The translations under genes were made by a program, and so were the position numbers. Shown one piece after another: positions 38,780-49,410 of a stretch of DNA of 59,180 nt. Position 1 is the stretch's first letter, and every line of letters starts with the position of its first letter. The notes below the pieces were generated by a model. It did no database searches. It saw only the letters and a program-made list of their open reading frames with translations, and was not told the DNA's origin. The stretch is from a virus (taxonomy: Duplodnaviria > Caudoviricetes), in the IMG/VR virus record IMGVR_UViG_3300007514_000009, positions 1-59,180 of that record. The stretch is one strand, 5' to 3'.

Positions 38780-39119
38780 TTTTCTGGCGAGTAATTCGCC
38801 TGTTCGACATGAAGTGGAGACACCAGTGGGCGTTTTGGTCGTCTATGTCACTCCAATGACATGGATTCAGCAACAAGAGGCGATATCGCAGTTTGTCGAT
38901 TTCATCATTGACGGCGACGATATGCGGCCTTCTATCGACTTTGGTGGCTATTGGAAATATGTCTTGAGTAATTGTGTTAGCAAAACCGAACCAAAGATGT
39001 CCAAGAAGGATCTCCTTAATCTCAGCCCAGAAGTGGGTCAAGCGATTATCCAAGTCCTCCCGAATATCGAGGGTCTGATGGGCGCAATGGCTGGCGGTGA
39101 GCCAGACCCTTTGGAATAA
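38760..39119 (+). CDS. Tail assembly chaperone (lambda gpG-like)
   Basis: GAGGTGA SD. About 119 aa, located between tube and tape measure, ending in the slippery C CCT TTG before TAA. Confidence 0.75.
   Translation: MMAEVNDFLASNSPVRHEVETPVGVLVVYVTPMTWIQQQEAISQFVDFIIDGDDMRPSIDFGGYWKYVLSNCVSKTEPKMSKKDLLNLSPEVGQAIIQVLPNIEGLMGAMAGGEPDPLE
39107..39113 (+). promoter_or_regulatory. -1 programmed ribosomal frameshift heptamer C CCT TTG
   Basis: X XXY YYZ in the chaperone frame. The -1 frame (TTT GGA ATA ACC TAC TCC GAA CTT CTC CGT TAT GTG...) is open and continuous with ORF 39143-39475. Confidence 0.75.
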
Positions 39120-39475
39120 CCTACTCCGAACTTCTCCGTTATGTGGAGTCAGAAGGGGAGTATAATCCATTCACCCCCTCGCAAACAGCAGTGATTTCGT
39201 TCCAGACCATTGCATTCATACTTGGCACACACTTCAATTCTCCTCCTCATTTATGGGATAATCAGCCGAAAGACCGCGTTTATCTTGATTATCTGTTCGT
39301 CAGACTGGCTCAGGCGCAACAAGCAAAACAAATGGAAATATCTCAACAAGAGTCGGAGCGGTATAACGCTACGCAGAGTAAGAGCCATAGAGGAAAGTCA
39401 ATCAGAACAACAAGTGATAGTGCTGAACTTGAAGATTTCTTCGATAGGGTAAATCAGGATCTGAGGACTGAATAA
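39110..39475 (+). CDS. Frameshifted C-terminal part of the tail chaperone (gpGT-like)
   Basis: Open -1 frame from the slippery site, with no convincing SD of its own. TAATG overlap with the tape measure gene. Confidence 0.7.
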   Translation, partial: FGITYSELLRYVESEGEYNPFTPSQTAVISFQTIAFILGTHFNSPPHLWDNQPKDRVYLDYLFVRLAQAQQAKQMEISQQESERYNATQSKSHRGKSIRTTSDSAELEDFFDRVNQDLRTE

Positions 39476-41697
39476 TGGCAAACCAACCAATGGATGACTT
39501 CATCCGAGATCAATACAAGGCTGCCGTTGCTGTCAAGTCCCATGCAAAAAGCAACGCTCTGTTGTATGTCAAGACCGTCGCATTACAGAAGGCGTTTGGC
39601 CCATTATACCGTATGTGGTTGAATGTTAAAGCAACAATGAAAGCGATAGTGGGGATTGCTAACCCCTTCAATACGGCGTTCCAAGTGATAAATAAAACGG
39701 CAAAGGTGACTAAAGCGATATTCACGCCTGTATTGAAGATATTTAATGGCTTGAAAATAGCCATGTTATTCATGGTGGGCATAATTCTCTCGTTTGGGGC
39801 AGTGATGCTCCTAATGGCAGGTAGTGTAAGCAAGGCCGGAGAACAGTTCCCCGTTTTCACCGATAATCTCCACCGGATCAAAGATGCGGCAAAGAGTGTA
39901 ATAGACCGATTCACAGAATTGTATGAATACGTCCAAAGTGCGGATTTCGCCCCTCATGCTGATGCTATGAAAGCGGCTTTCACTGACGCAGCGAACATCA
40001 TCAGTGGGGCCATTGCTACAATTATGGAGGTTCTGGCACAGGTCATTATAACGATAACAAAACTCGATTGGTCGCCAGTAGTAAATGCCGTCAAGGGCAT
40101 AGGAGATAGATTGCTTGCTCTCGGCGGGATTATCCTCGGACTCGATTGGGCGGGCTTGTCATCTGCGGCTTCGGATGCAGCGGATTCAATGTGGGAGGCA
40201 GATTATAGTGGCCTCTCCAACGCTATATCGTTAGTCACGGGTGCTATATCGACATTAGCAATAGGCATAAGCAGATTCAATTGGTCTGGTTTTTCCTCTG
40301 CGGCGTTTTCGGTTTTCAAAGAAATACTGGCTCTCACCAATAGTGTCCTAACAGGTGGAGCCGCGCTCTTTGAGACTTATTTGGACACGGTGATTGATGT
40401 TTTTCTGACGATTGGTGATGCTTGGGTCGAAACAGCAACCATATTCATGGACACCATTGCTCAAGTGCTGGAGATTGCCGGGGGGCTTGATTTCTCCCCT
40501 ATACTCGCACCCGCGATGATGCTGTTCAGTATATTCGCAGCCTTAGTCATGGACTTCGGCGTCGGGTTTATGACTTTCATGGGTGATATGTTTGCGCTGT
40601 TCGGCACATTGATGGCTTATCTCGCAGATACAGGAGTCTTACAGGCTCTCATTGACATTATCGGCAACTTAGGTATGGCGGCGATGGCCATAATCGGCGC
40701 GATTGTATATGCGCTCGATGAAATGGGCATTAACTTCGGCAGTATCTTCGGATTCATGAGTGCTGTAATCAGTGGTTTTATCACGTTCCTCATGGATAGC
40801 GGCCTGTTAGCGTTCTTTGTTGAAGTGATTGAAGTGGTCGCTCATCTTTTGGTTGTAGTGGGCTTCCTCGCAGCGGGGGCTATTGCGTTAATCGGAAAAG
40901 TGCTTGGATATTTGACTGGGCCTACATGGCAAATACTGTCTGGGATCGTTGGTGTAATAGTTGGCTTACTTACAGGAGCGATAGCATTAGTGTTGCTCCC
41001 CTTCCGTCTATTCTTCAAGATAGTTTCGGGTTTGGTCAAGGTATTCGTCGCTTTACTAACTCGTGGGCCGAAAGCAGCGTTTGGAGAACTTGGCAAGTTG
41101 CTCGGCGATTTGGGCGGCATCGTCATAACGACGTTCAAAGGCGTAGGAAGGAGTCTCCGTTCGGTTTTCAAGGGCATTATCGACGCCGTATCCGGCGGAT
41201 TCAAATTACTGTTCTCTCCAATTCAGGCGATAATTGATGCAGTGAAGTGGGTTATCGGCAAGTTAGGTGGAATCAAGGACAAAGCAGTGGAAGTAGTCAA
41301 AAAAATCCCCGGATACAAATCCGCAAAGAAGGTCGGCGGGGCGGCGAAGAAGGCTTGGGGTGCTGTTTTCGGCGCAAAGGGCGGTATCTTTCGTGGAGCG
41401 AAGAAAGGGTATCGGGCAATTCTGCATGGCACTGAAGCAGTAGTCCCTCTGCCCGATGGCAAATCAATTCCGGTTAATCTTTCAGGGGCATTCGATTCTG
41501 CTGGTATCATAGAAGCCGTGAATGCATTAAGAAAGGAAATGGCCCATACAGATACCGAGGGCAGTGCAGTCACTATCAATATAGCAATAGACGGAGCAGG
41601 AAAACCCGACGACGTAGCAAGTGCTGTAAGCCGCGAACTCCAGAAGGTGTTTAGGACACGGGCCAGATCCGGTGGCTTCGGGAGGGGATTCTTCTAA
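39475..41697 (+). CDS. Tape measure protein (740 aa)
   Basis: Ala/Gly/Ile-rich amphipathic helices, [LA]D[WFY]S-type repeats, hydrophobic segments and C-terminal AKGG...LHGTEAVVPL. Position follows the chaperones. Confidence 0.88.
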   Translation: MANQPMDDFIRDQYKAAVAVKSHAKSNALLYVKTVALQKAFGPLYRMWLNVKATMKAIVGIANPFNTAFQVINKTAKVTKAIFTPVLKIFNGLKIAMLFMVGIILSFGAVMLLMAGSVSKAGEQFPVFTDNLHRIKDAAKSVIDRFTELYEYVQSADFAPHADAMKAAFTDAANIISGAIATIMEVLAQVIITITKLDWSPVVNAVKGIGDRLLALGGIILGLDWAGLSSAASDAADSMWEADYSGLSNAISLVTGAISTLAIGISRFNWSGFSSAAFSVFKEILALTNSVLTGGAALFETYLDTVIDVFLTIGDAWVETATIFMDTIAQVLEIAGGLDFSPILAPAMMLFSIFAALVMDFGVGFMTFMGDMFALFGTLMAYLADTGVLQALIDIIGNLGMAAMAIIGAIVYALDEMGINFGSIFGFMSAVISGFITFLMDSGLLAFFVEVIEVVAHLLVVVGFLAAGAIALIGKVLGYLTGPTWQILSGIVGVIVGLLTGAIALVLLPFRLFFKIVSGLVKVFVALLTRGPKAAFGELGKLLGDLGGIVITTFKGVGRSLRSVFKGIIDAVSGGFKLLFSPIQAIIDAVKWVIGKLGGIKDKAVEVVKKIPGYKSAKKVGGAAKKAWGAVFGAKGGIFRGAKKGYRAILHGTEAVVPLPDGKSIPVNLSGAFDSAGIIEAVNALRKEMAHTDTEGSAVTINIAIDGAGKPDDVASAVSRELQKVFRTRARSGGFGRGFF

Positions 41698-42935
41698 TGC
41701 CAAAGATTCAGATTATCCGCAGAGACAGTAGTGTCATTGAATTAGATGCGTCGGACATCAATTTTGATTACACGAGAGGTTCGGTGTCTCATGCTATGCC
41801 CGTTATTGCTACCCGTATAGGACTCGATATGAATCAGACCCAGATAGGCATTAGCGTTGAGGGAATCCTACGGGACGACACTATGGAATCAGGAGGGGCT
41901 GGTGCTTCAATGACATGGGATCTCTCGCTGAATGGTAGTCAGAATATGTTTGCGGCGTGGTCGCAACTGAATACGTCATGGGCAAATACCCGTTCTGATT
42001 CTATTGGAGCGCAGATATCCTTCAAAAGCACAGGGCAGATTAACGAAGGACTTGGAGAGGATATCACAGTGAAATTGTATGACGGCAGTGGCGGGACTTC
42101 AAGTAATGTGAATGCAACAAACAGCATCATCTATGTCCGAACCGATCAAGCAACGAGTAGTGATGACTTAGCCAACAAAATAGTCATAGCCCTCAATGCC
42201 GCGACAGTCAAGGTTGGTGGCTCTAATGCTACTATTCAGTCCATATTCACCATAACCCAATCAGCAGGGCAACAACAAACACTATCACAAGGCGATCAAA
42301 GTGGTTCTGGTTTCGATGGAGAGAAAATTACCATCAAGAATACAGTGCAAGGCATCGCAGGGAATCATACCGTTGTTGTATCGAAGGATACTTCCGGGCA
42401 GACATGGGATACGCAATTTAGCGTGACTAATATGACTGGAGGCTCATCTGCAAAGAAAATGAGTATGGGAGATAAGGTTCAGGATTTACTGAACATGGCG
42501 AATATGAGCGCGGGGGGTGCGCTGGCATCACCCAGTCTCGCAGTCGGTTCTGTGCTTGAGATTCCGAGCAGTGTGGCCTCAGTGGATGCTTCAAGCCTCC
42601 TTCGCGTGGATGATATGAACACTGTCAAGAAATACGTTGTTGGCTTGCGAGTCCCATATGAATCACTCGTCACGGATACCACGGGCAATCAGATACTAAG
42701 GCAATTTCTCATACCCGCAGGAATAAACACAGATTTTCCTGCTGAATCGAACACCTATGAATACGATCCCACTTCAACAGTGAATAACGAAGTGACCCGC
42801 CCCAATCCGTTTCTGGAACAAGGCGTCGCCATCCCTGTTATGCTCAAAACCTTCAATCCATCATACTCCGCGGGAGATGGGTATTGGGATTACAAGATGA
42901 CATTCGATGCCGTGGAGCAATTGGTGGGTCTATGA
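41697..42935 (+). CDS. Distal tail (Dit-like) protein with an inserted domain
   Basis: Immediately follows the TMP. N-terminal ISVEGIL and C-terminal F.PSYSAGDGYWDYKMTF fit the tube/Dit beta-sandwich. Confidence 0.65.
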   Translation: MPKIQIIRRDSSVIELDASDINFDYTRGSVSHAMPVIATRIGLDMNQTQIGISVEGILRDDTMESGGAGASMTWDLSLNGSQNMFAAWSQLNTSWANTRSDSIGAQISFKSTGQINEGLGEDITVKLYDGSGGTSSNVNATNSIIYVRTDQATSSDDLANKIVIALNAATVKVGGSNATIQSIFTITQSAGQQQTLSQGDQSGSGFDGEKITIKNTVQGIAGNHTVVVSKDTSGQTWDTQFSVTNMTGGSSAKKMSMGDKVQDLLNMANMSAGGALASPSLAVGSVLEIPSSVASVDASSLLRVDDMNTVKKYVVGLRVPYESLVTDTTGNQILRQFLIPAGINTDFPAESNTYEYDPTSTVNNEVTRPNPFLEQGVAIPVMLKTFNPSYSAGDGYWDYKMTFDAVEQLVGL

Positions 42936-42936
42936 T

Positions 42937-45900
42937 ATGGGTATAGTGAGATATCATGGAAACGCACTCCGGCTTAATGGATTCACAGATGGGTTAGTGG
43001 TTCCAACGGGAAGGCACAGAGAAGCAGGGATTGACCTTCGCCCCGCCGAATCAACTCAAACAGTGAAGGCAGCAAAGAGCCATGCCACTAAGGTCGGGCG
43101 TAAGCATATCGACTCTCTCTCTAATCCACTCAATGCGATAAGAGGGGGCTTTACTCTTGATGCCTACATCATACCCGATTACGGCGGAGTCATCATCGAC
43201 AAACCCGGCTCATTCCGATTGAAGTATGGTGATGCACTATCCACAGGTAAATTAGTGTTTGAAGTCCATACAGCGAAACGCCCCTATACTCTCTCCACGT
43301 CATTTGATGTGCCTGTCAAAACGCAGAGTAATTCTGGAGTCTATTCTTCCTCCTCTAATGCCCACAGACCACACGATCTCACTTTGGGAGAGCAGGGGCT
43401 GATACTCGTCACCGCTCAATATACAAAATCCAATTTGAGATGTTTCATCAATGGAGATTTAGTCGCTGAATTGAGCCTCGGCGGCGATGAGTCCTCATTG
43501 GCTCAGTCATCATCAGACATATTCATCGGGGGGCGAGGTGGTGAGTTTCGCGGAGTTATTGAAAGCATACGCATCATAAATGGCGAAAGCCCCCCCAAAT
43601 TACAACCACTGACTAAGACAGAGAATACAGTAGGTCTATGGGACTTTGACGATGAATACGATATACCCGCTGTGTATTTCTTTGACAACGCTCACAATGG
43701 GGTAGCGCATCAGGGCCGTGACGGCCCAGATACTCATGATGGGTTGTTGGACATCCCTATGGTGGCTATCGGCTACGCTTTCAATGCGGCTGGCTACTTC
43801 AGTTTGCGCGAGTATTCAGCGAATCCGGGGGGCGTGACAGACCGTTATACCGGACTTGAGAAGTTAGCCGCTTTGACGCAGGGCATCGCTTTAGAGGAGG
43901 TCAGAAACCAAACATGGTTCGGAGGGACTCTTGACCTCACCGATCAAACTTACTTCGGCGCAGGGGGCCAAGCGGTCAAATCGTGTATCCTTAATGCAGT
44001 AATCAATCACTCTGGCACAAGTCCGACATCAGGAGTCACCGACCCACCAGATACCAAGAATGTCCTATGGTCTGACGACAGCCTCATTGGTAGTGTATCA
44101 ACCACAGCAACACTGAATCCTTCAGTTAATCGAATAGAGCGTATTAGGATAACAGGGCTGGACTTCTCGACAAACCCTCAAAGAATCAACTTCACCTCAG
44201 TGCATCTGGCTAACGATGCGGCGAATGGGACAGTGGATAACCTTCCTGAAACACAGGGACTTCTTTTCTCTCACACTGATGACACCCCTGTATGGTTCTC
44301 GATAGGGAGTGCCGACCTCCTGATAGACCCCGGAAACGATAGTGTGGATGCAGGGGTGTCGGGGCAGAGGACACGAGCAAAGGACACTTTCACACTGGCG
44401 CACTTTACGCAGGGTCAGCGTTTTAGAGATATGTCTGGTTATGATAACGATGCATACTTCTTCTCGACCCAAAGTAGGATTACAGATTCCACTGATGCTA
44501 ATACGCTCTATGATTCATCAGTGTTGTATGCGGGGATGGGGGCTGTCACCTCATACACTCTGGTTCAAGGTAATTCTCACCTGAAGAAACTCCCCGATCC
44601 GCTGGAACAAGTAGTCAAACAGACCATTCAAGGCATCACAAACACCTTTTCCTATACTCACGATGATGTTTCTATCCAATCACTGGTATCGGAGAATCAA
44701 CAAGTCAGAGTCACAGAACCCGTATTTCATGGTGAGATTCTGAAGGTAATCAATAAAACGACCACAGTTGGGGCCACGGATTCAGGCAGTATTAGCAACA
44801 ATGCATTCAATCGGATCGTGGTTGAACATGGCGTTGGGTTCTATGATACGGGTTTGAACCCAGACGCTAACGTATCCGCATCCACACGAGATGAGATTGT
44901 AGCAATCGCAGTGGAGGACATCAAACCCTTCATGCTCAAAGGTTTGGATACCGAACATACCGCCGACATATCAGGGGGCGTCCCCTCTAATGACAATTAT
45001 ATCAGGCATCTAACGCCAGACAGTAAAACGCGAATAGCGGTTATTGAATCCCCATCAGCACTGGTATCCGCAGGTGGGCCGAGTAAGGTCTTGGTGCATT
45101 ATGACGCCATCGACCTCACGGGAGAGGTAGTAGCGGGTTCGGGATTGGCCAGCGGAGGAGTTAGCACCAAGTTCCGTGCCGACCATGCAACGGGCAACAA
45201 ACCATATCTTGTCGTCAAGAAAACCATACCATCGGGTAGCGAGGTCTATGGGTCAAGAACAGTCTCTGATTATCTCAGGAGGCCAGTGACAAGCACCAGC
45301 ACGACTGCCGTCCAACTAACTATCACCGCACCGGGAGGGTTGGTTAGCCTCCCCACCACCACCTTCAATGACAAACCCACATCTCACTCACTTTCATCCA
45401 ACCCTACGGGCGACATCACCCCCTCCCCCTTCATCAACACAGAAGATACGGTTCTGGGCGTTGGGACGGGCATTAGAGGCTACGGAAGGCCAAAGAGTGT
45501 CCCAAGCACCAATACCCCCGATGAAACGGCCAGTAGCGACTATCATTTGATGCACCTCATGGGGCGCACTGGACTGGATCACAAGTCACATACTGCATCC
45601 AAAGTATTGCCATCCTCATTCCGTAGGGGCGGCCTATCTATTTTCGACATCATCGACAACGAATTGAGTGGTAATGAAAATCTGGTTTTGATCCACCCTA
45701 TTGAACGCAATAGGTTCGCCATGCTTGATGATATTGCACATAATTCAAACTCTCCTACTGATACAATGTCCGCATCTGTCGAGAAGAATCTGATGAGAGG
45801 CAGAATTGAGGAGATTGCACCGCAGACAAGCGCGATGCAAGACTCAAGCATTGTTATCGAAGGTCGCTCCTTATTGATGGATATCATTGACCATCGTTCC

Positions 45901-48900
45901 GATAGAGATTTCAATCTCGGAGAAGGCTCGCCAGTGAAAGAAATTGGGGATTTGGGGACGCCTACGGTGACGATGACTCTCGGTGGTTTGGGACAAGGGG
46001 GCGTGGATATACGGCCCACATACGCCGAGCATCCTTTTCTCCCCGGTTGGAAGGACAAGGTAGTGGGAGCGGGCAACGCTTCAGTTAGGAACGATAAGCA
46101 GACATCCACTTACTATGCATCAACACGGGCCTTGACTGAGATTCCTTTGTTCCCATCTATGTTCTATGATGTCGAAAAGCGATTGTCATCCAGTAATGAT
46201 TCAAGGACGGCATTGCCTTCGACTCATGCATTCAAGATGTCGGTTGATTGCACTATGGCTACGAATAGACCACAGATGGCGCAGTATGAATCACGCTTTG
46301 CGATAGATTGGGGGTTAAGGGGTCGCGTGTCGTCCATAGAAGTCACGGATCAAATGTATGATTTGCTATTCACCAGTGGCCGTTGGCTCATTCGTTGTCA
46401 GCGACCATCCGTGCAAGCAGTGGTGACTGTCGCACCATCAGGGGCAACCCTCACAGTCGATGATTACTCGGCGTTTCTCAAAGCCACAGGCGAACGAGGG
46501 GATTTAGGATATCAAGGAACGAATACTGATTATAACGACGATACTTCGTTCTATGTCACTATCGGAGAAGGTGTCCTGAATAGCGGCTACGGCATTGTTG
46601 CCAAAGCCGCCATTGGTGGTTCGGCGAATACCCTAACTTTGACTACATCAGAGATATGGAATCCTCTTGACACTTCATCCAATCCCAATGTGAATGTAAT
46701 CACAGTGGGTATGACCGTAGTCCTCGGAGGGTATGCGATGTTGGATATGTCTCTGGGATCTAACCATTCATCTCCAATCATCATTGCGAAATCTGAACTT
46801 GATTTACAGGACGACAACTCCTACGACTCAGGCGGGCCTAAGATGGCCACGCAAATTGCTACATCTATCAAAGCCCTGTTGGGTAAGACCTCAGATGCCG
46901 TTCATGCGGATCCAGATAACGACAAACGATACTTGATTCTTGACGGGCCTAACATGGAAGCGTTTGAATGGGATTTGGAGGAGGCAAACGAATCATCCAA
47001 CGATAGACAGTTAGTTCCACCTATTTTGTGCAAAGCGGTTCATTACTCGCTGGAGGGAAAAACGAGTGATGGTTCATCATTGGCGTATGTGCGCCCACTC
47101 GACCTTGACTTCTCGGATGTGGCTCTGAAAATGGATGATTTTGAGGAGTGCGTGAGTGAAGTCATCCGCCGAATCAATATGGCGGGCCACCCTCAAGCCA
47201 AGAATGCTGATGGAGGTAGCGCGTTCGACCCCCCTCCAATGTTCCCTCTCGTGACTGCCAACAAAGATACTGGAACGCATATGGGCTATGTCCGAGCATT
47301 CATTGGCTCGGAAACTGAGAGTCGGGATGGCGAAAAGGGATTCACCATAGTCATCCATAACACTGTGCCGGGTGCATCGGGGAGAAACTTCTGTGTATGG
47401 CTCAACAACAACACACCCTACGCATACCGCCCCACTAAGGTAATTGGTTATGGTGGATTACTGGCAACCAATAGCAGGTTATACCACCCTAACTCATTCC
47501 CTGCGCCTTTACCTATCGGAGCAGATGGTGAAACATTCGTGCCTATTTCCACCTTCCGTGGCGCACCACACGGTAGTGCTTTAGATTCCGCGGGGAATGT
47601 TCGTTCGTATGACGGGCTTGGGAGTATCTTCACAGCGACTACGATAACCCCTGCACTCGTCAATTCTCAGACTGGGGCCACCTCCACCGTGGATATGCTA
47701 ACCTACAACAATACTACTTTCAATGACAGCACCACTCATTTCACCACGATAGCGATATCCACGTCTGAGGATTACATCAAACGAATCACTAAGATCCCAT
47801 CGTCACTCTCTAAGGGCATTATACGAGTTAATGGACGCTTGGCGGATTTTGAAGGATTGTCGCAGAAATCAGCCACTGGGACTGGTTCGCCATTTACCTA
47901 TGGAACTAATTGTTTCTTCTTACAGAACGTGACGCCAAGAAAGGACATCAAAGGATTCCGCAAGGAGTTCCTTGATGATAGTGGCGCGTTGATGGAAGGG
48001 GTCGAAATAGAGATTATCTATCCGGGTATTGATTCTCATGGGATAGTGTTCTTTGGCGGGGGTCACACGGGCGTCACTTTTGATATCAGTGATGGGACAG
48101 CCAATGATTACAGTGGGGATAACCCTCACCACTATGCCGTAGGCCCAACTGGATTCTCTGGTTTTCAGAATCTGCACCAAGTCAGCACAGCGGCTGCGGT
48201 GCTTGATTTCACACATATCACCAATAATGATACTATCAATGACAACACCTTAGCCGGAATACATCACAAATTAAGGATTGATTCAGATGGCGAGGTCAAG
48301 AGCAACGCATTGGCCTATCTCCGATTGAATACCAACTTAACCAGTGCTACTGGCTCTGCGAAGAACCAAGTCAATGATTTGCTGACTGAGGATTTGTATG
48401 GATCTCCCGTGCGTGTCACAGTTCAAGGCAGTAGCAACCCATTCTCTTATCACGCAGCGGGGCCAAGTCAATATGAAGTCGATGGGGGACTTGGGTTTGA
48501 GGGAAAACAGGCCATTGCATTCCATCATGCTACTGGGGGGCAGACCAACGCCGAGTATGGCCCGTTATCAGAACTGGATGTTAGAGAGGATTTTTCGATT
48601 AGTGTTTGGTTTAGGCCAAGCGCGGCAGGACAATTTACTGCTGATGAGCATACTGCTTCTGGGCCATTAGTATCAGGATTGGATTCAGGTGGTCGTCCGT
48701 GGGGGCTATACTTGTTGGGAAAGAACTCTGCCGCTACTGGAAGTGGGACGACAGATTGGCAACAGATTGCCTTTGCATTCACATATCAAAGGGAAAATGG
48801 AGATTATCGGGTAGTGTATAACGATGTTAATGATGGCGGAATACGGATACATAGGACTGATGGCTGGACAAACATAATCGTGAGTAAGACTGCAAACGAC

Positions 48901-49410
48901 ACAGTGGTTATGCGTTGTGGGAATACTGGAGCCGACGGACTTCGCTTTGGAGTCACTACTTCCGGCACAGAAGATGTCACAACTATGATCGACTTACTGA
49001 GTGGAACGCAAGGAGGGAGTGACGAAATCACACTGTCTGCAATAGCAAATACAGTTGATCTCCCTGCGAATGAGTTTGTCACCAGTGCGTTAGGTGTTGA
49101 TTTGGGGAATACCCCTCAAGCAAATGCAACATTCCTCGGCCTTTCTGTGCATGAAAACATGAACAAATGGACGTGGAGTGGCGGGCCAACATACGGGGCA
49201 TTCAGAATCTATGAGGATGAAACTGCGGGTAGCGGAGATGTTGATATGCTCTGTGGGACATATGATGGAACAAATGGATATCACAAAGCAACCACTTCGA
49301 CTAATATCCAATGGCTATGGAACACCCATCTATCTGATGTTGCTATTTTCGGTCACGCTCTTTCTGCTACGGAGATGGATGAGATATTCGGTTCAAGGAG
49401 TGTATGGTAA
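42937..49410 (+). CDS. Giant tail-tip/baseplate protein (~2157 aa) with N- and C-terminal LamG/ConA-like domains
   Basis: ATG 42937. LamG-like LRCFING...IFIGG..GEFRGVIESIRI...NTVGLWDFD at the N-terminus, and FSISVWFRP...WTNIIV...LSDVAIF.HALSATE at the C-terminus. Hub-like LMRGRIEEI...IEGRS. Confidence 0.8.
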   Translation: MGIVRYHGNALRLNGFTDGLVVPTGRHREAGIDLRPAESTQTVKAAKSHATKVGRKHIDSLSNPLNAIRGGFTLDAYIIPDYGGVIIDKPGSFRLKYGDALSTGKLVFEVHTAKRPYTLSTSFDVPVKTQSNSGVYSSSSNAHRPHDLTLGEQGLILVTAQYTKSNLRCFINGDLVAELSLGGDESSLAQSSSDIFIGGRGGEFRGVIESIRIINGESPPKLQPLTKTENTVGLWDFDDEYDIPAVYFFDNAHNGVAHQGRDGPDTHDGLLDIPMVAIGYAFNAAGYFSLREYSANPGGVTDRYTGLEKLAALTQGIALEEVRNQTWFGGTLDLTDQTYFGAGGQAVKSCILNAVINHSGTSPTSGVTDPPDTKNVLWSDDSLIGSVSTTATLNPSVNRIERIRITGLDFSTNPQRINFTSVHLANDAANGTVDNLPETQGLLFSHTDDTPVWFSIGSADLLIDPGNDSVDAGVSGQRTRAKDTFTLAHFTQGQRFRDMSGYDNDAYFFSTQSRITDSTDANTLYDSSVLYAGMGAVTSYTLVQGNSHLKKLPDPLEQVVKQTIQGITNTFSYTHDDVSIQSLVSENQQVRVTEPVFHGEILKVINKTTTVGATDSGSISNNAFNRIVVEHGVGFYDTGLNPDANVSASTRDEIVAIAVEDIKPFMLKGLDTEHTADISGGVPSNDNYIRHLTPDSKTRIAVIESPSALVSAGGPSKVLVHYDAIDLTGEVVAGSGLASGGVSTKFRADHATGNKPYLVVKKTIPSGSEVYGSRTVSDYLRRPVTSTSTTAVQLTITAPGGLVSLPTTTFNDKPTSHSLSSNPTGDITPSPFINTEDTVLGVGTGIRGYGRPKSVPSTNTPDETASSDYHLMHLMGRTGLDHKSHTASKVLPSSFRRGGLSIFDIIDNELSGNENLVLIHPIERNRFAMLDDIAHNSNSPTDTMSASVEKNLMRGRIEEIAPQTSAMQDSSIVIEGRSLLMDIIDHRSDRDFNLGEGSPVKEIGDLGTPTVTMTLGGLGQGGVDIRPTYAEHPFLPGWKDKVVGAGNASVRNDKQTSTYYASTRALTEIPLFPSMFYDVEKRLSSSNDSRTALPSTHAFKMSVDCTMATNRPQMAQYESRFAIDWGLRGRVSSIEVTDQMYDLLFTSGRWLIRCQRPSVQAVVTVAPSGATLTVDDYSAFLKATGERGDLGYQGTNTDYNDDTSFYVTIGEGVLNSGYGIVAKAAIGGSANTLTLTTSEIWNPLDTSSNPNVNVITVGMTVVLGGYAMLDMSLGSNHSSPIIIAKSELDLQDDNSYDSGGPKMATQIATSIKALLGKTSDAVHADPDNDKRYLILDGPNMEAFEWDLEEANESSNDRQLVPPILCKAVHYSLEGKTSDGSSLAYVRPLDLDFSDVALKMDDFEECVSEVIRRINMAGHPQAKNADGGSAFDPPPMFPLVTANKDTGTHMGYVRAFIGSETESRDGEKGFTIVIHNTVPGASGRNFCVWLNNNTPYAYRPTKVIGYGGLLATNSRLYHPNSFPAPLPIGADGETFVPISTFRGAPHGSALDSAGNVRSYDGLGSIFTATTITPALVNSQTGATSTVDMLTYNNTTFNDSTTHFTTIAISTSEDYIKRITKIPSSLSKGIIRVNGRLADFEGLSQKSATGTGSPFTYGTNCFFLQNVTPRKDIKGFRKEFLDDSGALMEGVEIEIIYPGIDSHGIVFFGGGHTGVTFDISDGTANDYSGDNPHHYAVGPTGFSGFQNLHQVSTAAAVLDFTHITNNDTINDNTLAGIHHKLRIDSDGEVKSNALAYLRLNTNLTSATGSAKNQVNDLLTEDLYGSPVRVTVQGSSNPFSYHAAGPSQYEVDGGLGFEGKQAIAFHHATGGQTNAEYGPLSELDVREDFSISVWFRPSAAGQFTADEHTASGPLVSGLDSGGRPWGLYLLGKNSAATGSGTTDWQQIAFAFTYQRENGDYRVVYNDVNDGGIRIHRTDGWTNIIVSKTANDTVVMRCGNTGADGLRFGVTTSGTEDVTTMIDLLSGTQGGSDEITLSAIANTVDLPANEFVTSALGVDLGNTPQANATFLGLSVHENMNKWTWSGGPTYGAFRIYEDETAGSGDVDMLCGTYDGTNGYHKATTSTNIQWLWNTHLSDVAIFGHALSATEMDEIFGSRSVW

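Noticed and set aside
39475-41697. Membrane transporter
   Set aside because: The hydrophobicity is explained by a tape measure protein: position after frameshifted chaperones and C-terminal HGTEAVVPL motif.
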